From Candidatus Acetothermia bacterium (lineage in GTDB: Bacteria > Bipolaricaulota > Bipolaricaulia > M55B111): a DNA stretch of 46,667 bases. The notes under the pieces were generated by a model. The model did no database searches, was not told the origin of the DNA, and saw only the letters and a program-made list of their open reading frames with translations. The position numbers were made by a program, and so were the translations under genes. Where the stretch lies: positions 1 to 46,667 of the forward strand of contig JBKGZT010000003.1 of NCBI GenBank assembly GCA_046543235.1. The letters run 5' to 3'. Shown here piece after piece: positions 25,975-36,246 of the stretch; within the stretch, counting starts at the first letter, position 1; every line of letters starts with the position of its first letter.

Positions 25975-26395
25975 AGAGACCCCTCAGCTTACCGAGAAGA
26001 GAGGATTCGGTCTTCGTCTCCTGCTCGTAAACCTCCTGCGACATTATTTCGTCCTCTTCTCGAGCTAACTCGAGCGTTTTCTCCCACTTGTTCTTCTTTT
26101 TTATCATCTTCTCCCACTCATCCGCGAACTGGGTCAAGGCTTTCACCGCGTTATCCAGGTCAAAACTCCCTCCTGGCCCGGGTGAATTCTTTAGGTCGTC
26201 ACGCAGGGAAGCCAGACCCCCAGGTAAAGGACGGAGGTGGACGTCACCGTCTATCCTGACCAGGACGAATGAGGTCGCCTCGCTTATCAAACCAAAGGTA
26301 GAAAGATCGATCGAATTTACCGGCATTTTCTCGACGAACTCGCTGTCTGCTTTCATGAACTCCTGTTTCACGTATTCTTTCCAGGATTCAGCCAT
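25967..26395 (-). CDS. Hypothetical protein
   Basis: Has an SD-like GGGGGT, sits between ribF and cca, and overlaps the cca start by 8 nt; family not recognised. Confidence 0.8.
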   Translation of the reverse strand: MAESWKEYVKQEFMKADSEFVEKMPVNSIDLSTFGLISEATSFVLVRIDGDVHLRPLPGGLASLRDDLKNSPGPGGSFDLDNAVKALTQFADEWEKMIKKKNKWEKTLELAREEDEIMSQEVYEQETKTESSLLGKLRGLFG

Positions 26396-26422
26396 AATAA
26401 CCCCCTGTCTGAAAATATATCC

Positions 26423-27403
26423 TCAGCTATCGGCCGTCTCAAAGCTATGCTCCAGGTCGTTTAAGACCTTCTCTGCCCTTTTTATATAACCCTCAATTGC
26501 CTCTTTCAGTTCCCCTAGTTCGGAATACTTATTGTTTTGATTCAAGTATCGAACCAGATCCACCTTCAACTCCTTTCCGTATAGATCACCGTCGAAGCCC
26601 ATCAGGTGAACCTCTATCTCCGACCCTTCTTCGGACTCAAAAGTCGGACGATTGCCCACGTGGGCTGCTCCTTTGAAAACCTCCTTTTCTAACTCGACCA
26701 GAGCCGCGTAACTCCCGTCTTTCGGTGAAACGATCCGGTCGTCGACGTTCAGGTTTGCGGTGGGGATCCCAAGTTCTACCCCGACGCCGTACCCCCTGAC
26801 TACCGTACCTCTGTATGCAGGATACCTGCCCAACAGTTCCGTCGCCATCTCCATGTTCCCATCCTTGATCGCCTCCCTGATCCACGTACTGCTAACAGGC
26901 CTTCCTTCCTTTTTGACCTGCTCTTCCGGGTGAACGGAAAACCTCCCATTGCTGAGACGCTCAAGGTCCCTGAAGGACCCCGACCTGTTTCGACCGAAGC
27001 GCCAGTCCGCTCCGACGACCACGGCAGCTGTATCGAGGCGTTCGACCAGAACTCTCTCCACAAATTCTTCCGGGGTATAATCCCTCATCTCCGGGAAATC
27101 CCCCAGGACGACCCTATCGACATAGTCCAGGAGACGCTCTTTCTTTACCGCAGGCTCCATCAACAGTGGAGGCCCTTCTTCCTTTAGATGACGCCTTGGG
27201 GGAACTTCATACGTGTAAGCGGCACTTTCTATCCCTCTTTCTTCCGCAATCCTCCTGGTCCTTTCCAGCAACGATTGGTGACCTATGTGGACCCCGTCGA
27301 AGGTCCCGATGGTAAGAGCAACTCTACCATTTCCGGTGCCACGGGGCTTTCCGGCTGGACCTGGACCGTCTTCTATGGATTTTCCCCCCGTCTCGAGATT
27401 CAT
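26423..27403 (-). CDS. ribF: Bifunctional riboflavin kinase / FAD synthetase
   Basis: GTFDGVHIGHQ, VSSTWIR, LGIPTAN, VGNRPTF, EVHL. Confidence 0.95.
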   Translation of the reverse strand: MNLETGGKSIEDGPGPAGKPRGTGNGRVALTIGTFDGVHIGHQSLLERTRRIAEERGIESAAYTYEVPPRRHLKEEGPPLLMEPAVKKERLLDYVDRVVLGDFPEMRDYTPEEFVERVLVERLDTAAVVVGADWRFGRNRSGSFRDLERLSNGRFSVHPEEQVKKEGRPVSSTWIREAIKDGNMEMATELLGRYPAYRGTVVRGYGVGVELGIPTANLNVDDRIVSPKDGSYAALVELEKEVFKGAAHVGNRPTFESEEGSEIEVHLMGFDGDLYGKELKVDLVRYLNQNNKYSELGELKEAIEGYIKRAEKVLNDLEHSFETADS

Positions 27404-28365
27404 TATTTCATCCTCTCTTTGAGATCACGGAGTACTTTTTTCTCCACCTCGTCGAGCTTTCCGTCGACCATGCACCCGGAGGCCACTTTATGCCCTCCGC
27501 CGCCAAAACCCCTTGCGACTTTGCTAACGTCCAATTTCCCCTTGGAACGGAAAGAGATCTTGACCCGCTGATCCGGCAATTGCTTGAACAGACAGGCCAC
27601 TTCCGCACCTTCGGTACTGCGGAGCTTACCCACGATCCCCTCCGTATCCTCCTGGGTTGCTTCAGCTTTTTCGATTACCTCGGGAGTTATTTCAGCCCAG
27701 ACGATCCCGTCCTCGAAGCTAGCCCGACTGAGAACCTCCCCGAGCAGCCTGAGCTTGGAAAAGGGCTCGCGTTCGTAAAGGTTAATTATGACGGACCTGG
27801 CGTCGGCGCCGTGCTCAAGCAGTTCCGCCGCGCTATGCAAGAGGTCAGAGCTGACGTTTTCGTTTTGAAACGAGGAGGTATCAGCAATTATCCCCGCGTA
27901 AAGGGCGGTGGCAATAGGCTCGTCGATTTCCAGTCCCATGTACTCTATCAGTTCGGCGATAATCTGAGTCGTCGCTGCAACGGGACGGACGTAGTTTATA
28001 TCGCCAAATTTGGTGTTGTCCTTGTGGTGATCTATATTGATCGTCGGCAGATTCATCAAAATACCCTTTCCCCTGTCTCCCAGCCTGTCCAGGTCGCTGC
28101 AGTCCACGGCTATCCCGACGTCAACCTCCTCCATGAAGGCGTCCAGTTCATCCGGTTCCAGTACCTGGTCAGTCCCCTTGAGGAACTTCAGGTTTTTCGG
28201 TACTCCGTCCCTGTTGTATAAAACTGTTTTTTTTCCTCTTCCCCGCAGAGCGCGGCTCAAACCCAGTTGGCTGCCGATAGCATCCGCTTCAGGGCTTCTG
28301 TGAGATGCGATAAAAAACGTCTCGTGTCGGGATATTTCGTCTTCTATCTCTTTTAATCGATTCAT
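27403..28365 (-). CDS. nrnA: DHH/DHHA1 phosphoesterase (nanoRNase / pAp phosphatase)
   Basis: H..PEADAIGS, IDHH, DT.SF, SFRS, GGGGH; ATG at 28365 preferred. Confidence 0.92.
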   Translation of the reverse strand: MNRLKEIEDEISRHETFFIASHRSPEADAIGSQLGLSRALRGRGKKTVLYNRDGVPKNLKFLKGTDQVLEPDELDAFMEEVDVGIAVDCSDLDRLGDRGKGILMNLPTINIDHHKDNTKFGDINYVRPVAATTQIIAELIEYMGLEIDEPIATALYAGIIADTSSFQNENVSSDLLHSAAELLEHGADARSVIINLYEREPFSKLRLLGEVLSRASFEDGIVWAEITPEVIEKAEATQEDTEGIVGKLRSTEGAEVACLFKQLPDQRVKISFRSKGKLDVSKVARGFGGGGHKVASGCMVDGKLDEVEKKVLRDLKERMK

Positions 28366-28448
28366 GATTTTTACACCTTGTGGATGGATATGGTTTCGAT
28401 TAGCAAAAGCGAGGGTCGCTTTTCCCAACCCTGGATAACTGTCGATCA

Positions 28449-28477
28449 ATTATATCAACGGGATTTAAACAAGTCAA
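28449..28477 (-). promoter_or_regulatory. Near-consensus sigma70 promoter of the nrnA-ribF-orf-cca operon
   Basis: The minus strand reads TTGACT-17 nt-TATAAT. Confidence 0.75.
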
Positions 28478-28489
28478 AACAAATACCCG

Positions 28490-28519
28490 TTGCACCGGTC
28501 ACGGAATTGCGTTTACAAT
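28490..28519 (+). promoter_or_regulatory. Sigma70 promoter of ruvB
   Basis: TTGCAC-18 nt-TACAAT, 9 nt before the ATG at 28529; back-to-back with the nrnA promoter. Confidence 0.6.
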
Positions 28520-28528
28520 GGAATAACC

Positions 28529-29551
28529 ATGAACGAAAAAGAAGAGGACCGAGGGCCTTTAAGCGGGGATAAAAAACCGGGTGATTCCGGTCTATCGAAC
28601 CTCAGACCCAAGAAACTGGATGATTTCATTGGCCAGGAAGAGGTTAAAAAAAGGCTATCCATCCTGCTTGAAGCAGCGCTAAACCGTGGCGATTCGGTCG
28701 ATCATACCTTATTCCACGGTCCTCCCGGCCTGGGCAAAACCACCCTTGCCCACATAGTTTCTCACGAGATGGGCGTGAACATAAAGACCACGTCCGGGCC
28801 AGCAATAGATAAACCCGGGGACCTCGCGGCCATCGTCAGCAACCTGACTCCCGGGGATATACTTTTTATAGACGAGATCCACCGGTTGAGACGAAACGTG
28901 GAAGAGGTCCTATATCCCGCGATGGAGGACTTCAAGATAGACATAGTGATCGGCGAAGGACCAAGCGCGCAGTCGATCAGGCTCGACGTCCCCCCTTTTA
29001 CGCTTATCGGAGCCACGACCAGAACCGGACTGCTTACTTCCCCGCTGAGGGACAGGTTCGAAGTAGTACTCCATCTGGACTTTTACGACGTAGATGCAAT
29101 AGAGGACATAGTTTTGAGGGGGGCTGATCTTCTGGACATCGAGATAAACGACGGTCGTGGTGGAGCAAACGAGATCGCCAAGCGTTCCCGGGGGACCCCT
29201 CGTGTCGCGAACCGCCTGCTTAAACGGACCAGGGACTACGCCGAGGTCAGAGCCGACGGTTACATCGACCGAGAGGTCGCAAAGGAGGCCCTCGAAATGC
29301 TGGGAATAGACGAAAAAGGCCTGGACAAACTGGACAGACGTATCCTCGAGACCATTGTCGAAAAGTTCGACGGAGGTCCGGTAGGAATTGATACGATATC
29401 GGCCGCCCTTTCCGAACAAAAGGATACGATCTCCGAGGTTTACGAACCGTACCTGCTCACCAAAGGGTTCCTAGAGCGGACCAGTCAGGGCAGAAAGATA
29501 ACCTCCAAGGGTCTGGAGCATCTGGGTTACGAGGACCAGCGCCTGCTTTAA
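28529..29551 (+). CDS. ruvB: Holliday junction branch migration helicase RuvB
   Basis: [33 protein letters not shown]. Confidence 0.98.
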   Translation: MNEKEEDRGPLSGDKKPGDSGLSNLRPKKLDDFIGQEEVKKRLSILLEAALNRGDSVDHTLFHGPPGLGKTTLAHIVSHEMGVNIKTTSGPAIDKPGDLAAIVSNLTPGDILFIDEIHRLRRNVEEVLYPAMEDFKIDIVIGEGPSAQSIRLDVPPFTLIGATTRTGLLTSPLRDRFEVVLHLDFYDVDAIEDIVLRGADLLDIEINDGRGGANEIAKRSRGTPRVANRLLKRTRDYAEVRADGYIDREVAKEALEMLGIDEKGLDKLDRRILETIVEKFDGGPVGIDTISAALSEQKDTISEVYEPYLLTKGFLERTSQGRKITSKGLEHLGYEDQRLL

Positions 29552-29624
29552 GCCGCCATTTCCTTTCAATCCCACTGAAAAACTACTAACTATACGAATA
29601 GAGTGTTTTACACGAGTTCAATTC

Positions 29625-29764
29625 TTTCATCAAAAAGATCTAATAACCTCCAACGGGTTGATGAATTCCGGCGAGAGGTCCACATATGCCTGACCGAGCG
29701 CCAGCGAGGGAGTTTGAGGAGCCCGAGCCGGAGTTTATGGAACACTAAAGTTAAAGAGATGAAA
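29625..29764 (+). other. Long imperfect hairpin (candidate structured RNA or REP/MITE relic)
   Basis: TTTCATC pairs with GATGAAA as the outer stem. ATGAATTCCGGC (29661-29672) pairs with GCCGGAGTTTAT (29727-29738) as a 12-bp stem with two G-U pairs. Confidence 0.4.
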
Positions 29765-29843
29765 CGAGTTTGCCTTCAATCCTTGTGACCCGGGCGGGAC
29801 ATGGCCTGATCGATCGACTTCTTTCGGCTAAAATTAAGCTACC

Positions 29844-31829
29844 ATGAGTAAAGACTTCGCATTAAAGACGGACAAAGAGCCCAAAGGGGATCAACCGGGG
29901 GCGATCAGAGAACTGACGGAGGGCGTCGAATCCGTGATGACTCACCAGACTCTCCTGGGGGCTACGGGCACGGGGAAGACCTTTACCATGGCAAACATAA
30001 TCGAGAACGTTCAAAAACCAACCCTGGTAATAGCGCACAACAAGACCCTGACCGCACAGCTCTGGAACGAGTTCAACGAGCTCTTCCCGGATAACGCCGT
30101 CCACTATTTCGTCTCCTACTACGATTACTACCAGCCGGAAGCTTATGTACCGGAGACGGATACATATATAGAGAAGGATTCCTCGATAAACGACGAGATA
30201 GACCGGCTCCGCCACAAGGCTACCGCCGCCCTCTTCGAACGGGAGGACGTAATCATAGTGGCCAGCGTCTCCTGTATCTACGGGCTCGGTTCCCCCGACA
30301 CGTACGAGGACATGGCCCGGCCACTTACACTGGACAGCCACCTGGAGAGGGACGACCTTCTCCACAAGCTGGTCAGGCTACAGTACAAACGCAACGACTA
30401 CGAGCAGGAGAGGGGGACCTTCCGCGTCCGCGGTGATACAGTGGAAATCGTTCCTATTTACGGAGAAGAGGTCGTCCGGGTTGAGTTCTTTGGCGACGTA
30501 ATCGATCGGATAAGAATTGTCGACCACCTTACCGGCAAGACTCTGGAGGAGAAGAAGAAGGTAGTCATTTACCCGGCAACGCACTTTATCACTTCTCGCT
30601 CCCGATTGAACGAAGCGATGGAGAGCATAGAGGAGGAACTAGAAGAACAGCTGGACCGGTTTCAGAGGCAGGACAAGTTGTTGGAAGCACAGCGGCTCGA
30701 AAAACAGACGAGGCACGACCTGGAAATGATGGAGGAACTGGGTTACTGCAAGGGCATCGAGAACTATTCTCGCCACCTGACGGGGAGGGATCCCGGGGAA
30801 CCGCCTTATACGTTAATCGATTATTTCCCGGATGACTTCCTTATCTTTGTCGACGAATCCCACCAGACGATACCACAGCTGGGTGGCATGTACAACGGGG
30901 ATCGATCTAGAAAGGAGACCCTGGTAGAACACGGCTACAGGCTACCGTCAGCGATGGACAACCGCCCTCTCAAGTTCGAGGAATTCGAGGAAAGGATAAA
31001 CCAGATCATTTACACCTCGGCGACGCCTGGTCCTTACGAGTACGAGCACAGCAACAAGGTAGTGGAACAAATTATAAGGCCGACGGGACTCGTCGATCCC
31101 GAAGTGGAGGTTCGACCTATAGAGAACCAGGTCGACGACCTGTTGAACGAGATAGAAAAAGTTACGGCCCGGGACGAGCGCGTCCTCGTAACTACACTGA
31201 CGAAAAAGCTCGCCGAAGAATTGACGGACTACTTCGTAGAGGTCGGAGTAAAAGCGCGCTATCTCCACTCGGAAATCGATACACTCGACCGAGTCAAGAT
31301 CCTGAGGGAGCTTAGGCAGGGAGAATTCAACGTTCTGGTCGGAATCAACCTGCTCAGGGAAGGTCTGGACTTACCGGAGGCGTCCCTGGTCGCGATCCTG
31401 GATGCCGACAAGGAAGGCTTTCTCCGCTCCGACACTTCCCTGATCCAGACCATGGGGCGAGCCGCGAGGAACGTCAGAGGAAAAGTCATACTTTACGCGG
31501 ACCGAATGACCGATTCGATGCGTCGTGCCATAGACGAGACGGAAAGACGCCGCGAGAAACAGCTCGAGTACAACGAGAAACACGACATAGAACCCGAGAC
31601 GATAAAGAAGGAAATCACGGACATCGCGCAGTTGATCGAACCCGAATCCGAAAAGGAAGTCGAAGTTCCGGACGAGGAAGAGGTCGAAGAAATGGACGAG
31701 AGCGAGGTCATCATGATCGTGGAGAAACTGGAAAAATCCATGAACGAAGCGGCCGAAAGGCTGGAGTTCGAAAAAGCAGCAGCGTATCGAGATGAAATCG
31801 AGGAGCTGAAAGAAAAAATGGCGGCCTGA
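29844..31829 (+). CDS. uvrB: Excinuclease ABC subunit B
   Basis: [32 protein letters not shown] and a C-terminal UVR domain (FEKAA..RD). Confidence 0.98.
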   Translation: MSKDFALKTDKEPKGDQPGAIRELTEGVESVMTHQTLLGATGTGKTFTMANIIENVQKPTLVIAHNKTLTAQLWNEFNELFPDNAVHYFVSYYDYYQPEAYVPETDTYIEKDSSINDEIDRLRHKATAALFEREDVIIVASVSCIYGLGSPDTYEDMARPLTLDSHLERDDLLHKLVRLQYKRNDYEQERGTFRVRGDTVEIVPIYGEEVVRVEFFGDVIDRIRIVDHLTGKTLEEKKKVVIYPATHFITSRSRLNEAMESIEEELEEQLDRFQRQDKLLEAQRLEKQTRHDLEMMEELGYCKGIENYSRHLTGRDPGEPPYTLIDYFPDDFLIFVDESHQTIPQLGGMYNGDRSRKETLVEHGYRLPSAMDNRPLKFEEFEERINQIIYTSATPGPYEYEHSNKVVEQIIRPTGLVDPEVEVRPIENQVDDLLNEIEKVTARDERVLVTTLTKKLAEELTDYFVEVGVKARYLHSEIDTLDRVKILRELRQGEFNVLVGINLLREGLDLPEASLVAILDADKEGFLRSDTSLIQTMGRAARNVRGKVILYADRMTDSMRRAIDETERRREKQLEYNEKHDIEPETIKKEITDIAQLIEPESEKEVEVPDEEEVEEMDESEVIMIVEKLEKSMNEAAERLEFEKAAAYRDEIEELKEKMAA

Positions 31830-31960
31830 GGTGTCGAAGCTAACGCTACGTTGGAGCTCGGTTTGGTCACCATCAATTTGCACTTTCGCCTTCAACTCTA
31901 TAATATTTACCTTAGATTTTTTATAGAGAGTTACCAGTACATAGCTGGAGGGAACTATTA

Positions 31961-33397
31961 GTGAAGACAGAGAGAGTTAGATTTGCGCCTTCGCCGACCG
32001 GGTGGCTCCACGTCGGCGGAGCCAGGACGGCTTTATTTAATTGGTTATACACGAAAAAGAAAGACGGAAAGCTTATCCTCAGGATCGAGGACACGGACGA
32101 GGAACGTTCCCAGGAGAAATATACCGAGGGTATCAAGAAGGACCTAAAGTGGCTCGGACTGGACTGGGACGAGTACTACAAGCAATCCGATCGGTTGGAA
32201 ATCTACGAGAGATATGCCAGGAGACTCGTACACGAGGGAAAAGCCTATCATTGCTTCTGTACCGAAGAGGAGCTGGAAAAAAGGCGTCAGCGGGCACTGG
32301 ATGAGGGGCGCCCCCCAATCTACGACGGGAGATGTCGGGGCCTCTCCGAGGAGGAAAAGGAACAATACCGGGAAGAAGGACGGGATTCTACTATCAGGTT
32401 CAAGCTCCCTCAACAGCAACCATCCGTCACCGTTCAGGACAGAATTAAAGGAGACGTGGAATTCGAAAGCCTGACCACCGGAGACTTCGTTATCCTGAAA
32501 TCGGACGGAACTCCGAGTTACAATTTCGCCTGCGTCCTGGACGATCACCTCATGGAAGTGAGTTTAGTTATGAGGGCAGAGGATCACCTGACCAATACGG
32601 CCAAGCAGCTGTTGCTTTACGACGCACTTGATTTCAGCCCGCCCGAATTTGGCCACCTTTCCATGCTGCTCGGTCCGGACAAATCGAAGCTGAGCAAGAG
32701 AAGCGGAGCAACGTCCGTCAAGGAATTCAGGGAGCGGGGCTACCTGCCGGAAGCACTGGTCAACCATCTGGCGCAGCTCGGCTGGTCTTCCAAGGACGAG
32801 CAGGAAATCTTTACCATTCAGGAGCTCACGGAAAAGTTCTCGCTGGATAATATAATAGACAGCCCTCAGGTCTTTGACAGGGAAAAGCTGGACTGGTTTA
32901 ACGGACAGTACCTGAAGGAGGTCGAACTCGATCGGCTGGTCGATCTCTCTCTTCCCTTTCTCGAGGAAGGTGGTTACACCGAGGGCGAACTTGATGAAGT
33001 TGAAAGGGAGAAACTCAAATCCGTCCTGGACCTGATCAGGCCTTCGCTCGAAAATCTGGAAGATCTCGTGGACTACGAAGACCTCAAGATATTCTACGGT
33101 CCGTCCGAACTAGATTCCCAGGCGGAGGAAGTCCTCAACTGGGAAGAGACTCCCGAAGTATTAGAGGAACTCGAGAAAGCTTTTTCGGACCTGGAAGAAC
33201 TCTCACCTGAGGACGTCTCGGGGCTCGTCAAGGAGGTAAAAGAAGAACTGGACGTAAGCTACAAAAAGGTCTATAAACCCCTGAGGGCAGCGGTAACCGG
33301 CATGACATCCGGCCCGGAAATAAAGGAAGTAATAAGCATTCTGGGGGCGGAAGAGACCGCGAAAAGAATTAGCAAAGCCTTGAAGGGGCTGGATTGA
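31961..33397 (+). CDS. gltX: Glutamate--tRNA ligase
   Basis: RFAPSPTG.LHVGG, RIEDTD, KLSKR and a full anticodon-binding domain. Confidence 0.96.
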   Translation: MKTERVRFAPSPTGWLHVGGARTALFNWLYTKKKDGKLILRIEDTDEERSQEKYTEGIKKDLKWLGLDWDEYYKQSDRLEIYERYARRLVHEGKAYHCFCTEEELEKRRQRALDEGRPPIYDGRCRGLSEEEKEQYREEGRDSTIRFKLPQQQPSVTVQDRIKGDVEFESLTTGDFVILKSDGTPSYNFACVLDDHLMEVSLVMRAEDHLTNTAKQLLLYDALDFSPPEFGHLSMLLGPDKSKLSKRSGATSVKEFRERGYLPEALVNHLAQLGWSSKDEQEIFTIQELTEKFSLDNIIDSPQVFDREKLDWFNGQYLKEVELDRLVDLSLPFLEEGGYTEGELDEVEREKLKSVLDLIRPSLENLEDLVDYEDLKIFYGPSELDSQAEEVLNWEETPEVLEELEKAFSDLEELSPEDVSGLVKEVKEELDVSYKKVYKPLRAAVTGMTSGPEIKEVISILGAEETAKRISKALKGLD

Positions 33398-33494
33398 CGA
33401 CCGCTTACCGCCCTGATTTTACGAAAGACGAGAACTACAGTCTGTCGGTTTTACATACCAAAAACCAAACAACGTAAAACGGAGGAGATTATTG

Positions 33495-35699
33495 ATGTCC
33501 ACTTACGATTTGAGTCTGGTACCGGGAATTATTGCGGCTCTCGGGCTGCTTCTTGCCTGGTACTTGATACGTTACGTCAAAAAACAGGATAAGGGCACCC
33601 AGGAGATGGAAGATCTCCAGGGTTACATCCGGGAAGGCGCCTGGACGTTTATGAGCGAAGAGGTGCGGGTTTTTGCCGTGGTGATGCTGGGGATAGCTGG
33701 GCTGCTGTGGGGGATATTTTACTGGGAAGTGGCTTTAGCTTTCGTAATAGGCGCCATTCTCTCCATGACAGCCGCCTTCATAGGCATGAATTCCGCTACC
33801 CTGTCCAACGGCAGGACCACCAACGCCGCCAGGTCGAACTTCAAGAAGGCTCTGAACATAGCTATTTCCGGCGGAGCGGTAATGGGGTTAGCGGTAGCGG
33901 GCCTCGCGCTGGGCGGACTGGTTCTCGTTATTACGATATTTCGGGGGTCCTTTAACCCGGCGACCCTGGATATTCAGTCGAAATCCATACCAGTGATCAG
34001 CCAGCTACTCGGCCGGGACATTAACTTCATCAAGGGTGCTCTCATAGTCAGTGCTTACTCCATGGGGGCATCGCTCGTCGCGCTATTCGACCGTGTAGGA
34101 GGAGGCATTTACACCAAGGCAGCCGACATGGGTGCGGATCTCGTAGGTAAGGTCGAACAGGGTTTACCGGAAGACGACCCCCGCAACCCCGCCTCAGTTG
34201 CCGACAACGTCGGTGACAACGTCGGTGACGTAGGTGGTCTCGGCGCCGACCTGTTGGAATCATTCATCGGCTCCATAATCTCCGTCATAGTCATCATGCT
34301 TTACGTATTCGTCGGTCAGGGAGTTGAAGGAAGTGTAGCTCCTTCCCTGGAAAATATGCTTGGCCAGCTTGGACTCTCGGTCGGACTATCGACAAGCCAC
34401 TTCTGGTGGGCCATCTGGACGCCTATGTTGATCGTAGCGGCCGGTATTTTTTCCAGTATCGTCGGTGTTTACTACATACGCGGTAGTTCCCGAGAAGAAG
34501 GCATGCAGGCGATCCTGATGAACGGGACGAGGATTTCGGCCCTCCTGACCGCAGTCTTCGCCTTCATAATCATCTGGATATCGCCGATGAACTTTGCTCC
34601 CTTCTGGGCAGTCCTATCCGGGGCGATTGTGGGCGTGGTAATTGGCTACATTTCCGAGTACTACACTTCCGCCGACTACAACCCGGTACAGAGGATTGCA
34701 GAACAGAACGATTCCGGAACTGCGGTGGGTATCACCTCCGGTATGGCCGTAGGCATGCTTAGCACGTTCGTCCCAGCACTGGTAATAGCAGTAGCCGTAA
34801 TGATCACCTACTGGCTTGCTGGATTGATGGGCGTAGCCTACGGCGCTTTGGGCATGCTTTCATTCGTTGCAATCACGGTCTCCGTCGATACCTACGGGCC
34901 AATCGCCGACAACGCCGGTGGAATTGCCGAAGGAGCAGGCCTGGACGAAAGCGTAAGGGACAGAACCGACAAGCTCGACTCCATCGGTAACACCACCGCA
35001 GCGATCGGCAAGGGTTTTGCAATCGGGTCCGCGGCTTTCTCCGCCCTGGCCTTGATTGCCGCTTATATGTGGTCCGCGATCGGTAGCGCCGAAGCGGTAC
35101 AGGTACCGACGATAGAAATACTTTCCTCGGAACCGGGAATAGGTGGATCGGTAGTAGCAGCGCTTTTTCTGGGCGCGATGATACCCTACGTCTTTTCCTC
35201 ACTGTTGATTAGAGGCGTAAGTGACACGGCAGGAACCATGGTCAACGAAGTCAGACGCCAGTTCAAAGAGATGCCGGGAATCCTGAAGGGTGAGACGAAG
35301 CCGGATTATAACAAATGCATCTCCATTACGTCCGCGGGCGGCCTGAAAAGGATGATCGTTCCCTCGCTTCTGGCGGTCTTCATGCCGATAATTGTCGGCC
35401 TGATACTCGGTAGATTTGCCCTGGCCGGTTTTCTAATCGGAGCACTTCTTTCCTGTCTCCAGCTGGCAATTTACTGTGCAAATACCGGTGGAGCTCTGGA
35501 TAACGCTAAAAAGTACATAGAGGAAGGAAACTTCGGTGGAAAGGGCTCAGAGGCACACGACGCAAGCATCGTAGGAGACACGGTCGGTGACCCGCTCAAG
35601 GACACGGTCGGGCCTTCCCTTGACATTCTGGCCAAACTGATGTCCGTAGTCTCCATACTCTTTGCGTCCCTTTTCCCGGTCTACCCGATAATCTTTTAG
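33495..35699 (+). CDS. hppA: K+-dependent membrane pyrophosphatase, probably Na+-translocating
   Basis: GGGIYTKAADMGADLVGKVE, DNVGDNVGD, GNTTAA (Ala indicates the K+-dependent type), ADLLES, GDTVGDPLKD. Confidence 0.95.
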   Translation: MSTYDLSLVPGIIAALGLLLAWYLIRYVKKQDKGTQEMEDLQGYIREGAWTFMSEEVRVFAVVMLGIAGLLWGIFYWEVALAFVIGAILSMTAAFIGMNSATLSNGRTTNAARSNFKKALNIAISGGAVMGLAVAGLALGGLVLVITIFRGSFNPATLDIQSKSIPVISQLLGRDINFIKGALIVSAYSMGASLVALFDRVGGGIYTKAADMGADLVGKVEQGLPEDDPRNPASVADNVGDNVGDVGGLGADLLESFIGSIISVIVIMLYVFVGQGVEGSVAPSLENMLGQLGLSVGLSTSHFWWAIWTPMLIVAAGIFSSIVGVYYIRGSSREEGMQAILMNGTRISALLTAVFAFIIIWISPMNFAPFWAVLSGAIVGVVIGYISEYYTSADYNPVQRIAEQNDSGTAVGITSGMAVGMLSTFVPALVIAVAVMITYWLAGLMGVAYGALGMLSFVAITVSVDTYGPIADNAGGIAEGAGLDESVRDRTDKLDSIGNTTAAIGKGFAIGSAAFSALALIAAYMWSAIGSAEAVQVPTIEILSSEPGIGGSVVAALFLGAMIPYVFSSLLIRGVSDTAGTMVNEVRRQFKEMPGILKGETKPDYNKCISITSAGGLKRMIVPSLLAVFMPIIVGLILGRFALAGFLIGALLSCLQLAIYCANTGGALDNAKKYIEEGNFGGKGSEAHDASIVGDTVGDPLKDTVGPSLDILAKLMSVVSILFASLFPVYPIIF

Positions 35700-35729
35700 T
35701 TCTCTATAAGAAAAGACAACTTACCTTTT

Positions 35730-35767
35730 CCGGGAGTCCCGCATTCGGGGCTCCCGGTTTTATATTT
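35730..35767 (+). terminator. Rho-independent terminator after hppA
   Basis: CCGGGAGTCCCG-CATT-CGGGGCTCCCGG forms a 12-bp stem, followed by TTTTATATTT. Confidence 0.8.
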
Positions 35768-35785
35768 GGGAGGTGACCGATATTT

Positions 35786-36226
35786 ATGTCCGAATTCAAT
35801 TGGACCGCGGAAGAAAACAGGTGTTTTGGCTGCGGAGACAACCCGCGGGGGCTGGGGCTCCAGTTCGAAAAGGACGGCGACTGGCTCGCCGCTACGACGT
35901 CGCTGGACCGACACTTCCAAGGGTTCCGGACCAGCGCTCACGGGGGGATAATTGCCACCCTACTCGACGAGGCTTCCTCCTGGGCGGTCATGGCTAAGAC
36001 GAAACATCTCGCTCCCAGTTTCAAGCTAAACTGCGAATTCTTCGAACCGGTTCCGCTCGAGGAAGAGATCACGACAAGGGCAAAAGTCGTTGAACAACGA
36101 CACGGCATAGCTTTATCAAGGGCGGAAGTGGTGGATCGATCAGGGACTACCCTGGCGAAGGCCGAAATAAAATGTAAGGTCCTGGAAGAGGAAATAGAGA
36201 CGGACCCGGAAGAACTAACTGGCTAA
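35786..36226 (+). CDS. PaaI family hotdog-fold thioesterase
   Basis: CFGCG.NP.GL and AHGGIIATLLDE. Confidence 0.9.
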   Translation: MSEFNWTAEENRCFGCGDNPRGLGLQFEKDGDWLAATTSLDRHFQGFRTSAHGGIIATLLDEASSWAVMAKTKHLAPSFKLNCEFFEPVPLEEEITTRAKVVEQRHGIALSRAEVVDRSGTTLAKAEIKCKVLEEEIETDPEELTG

Positions 36227-36246
36227 ACCCCGTACGTCGGTACTCC

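Noticed and set aside
27490-28221. 243-aa plus-strand ORF and similar long antisense ORFs (e.g. 45458-46129, 40837-41421, 25033-25545)
   Set aside because: They lie opposite well-supported genes and show no recognisable motifs, so they are shadow frames produced by codon bias.
28440-29843. Shared SOS/LexA-type box upstream of ruvB and uvrB
   Set aside because: Only 6-7 bp coincidences (GGTCAC/GTGACC, GATCGAC) are present, with no conserved palindrome in both regions.
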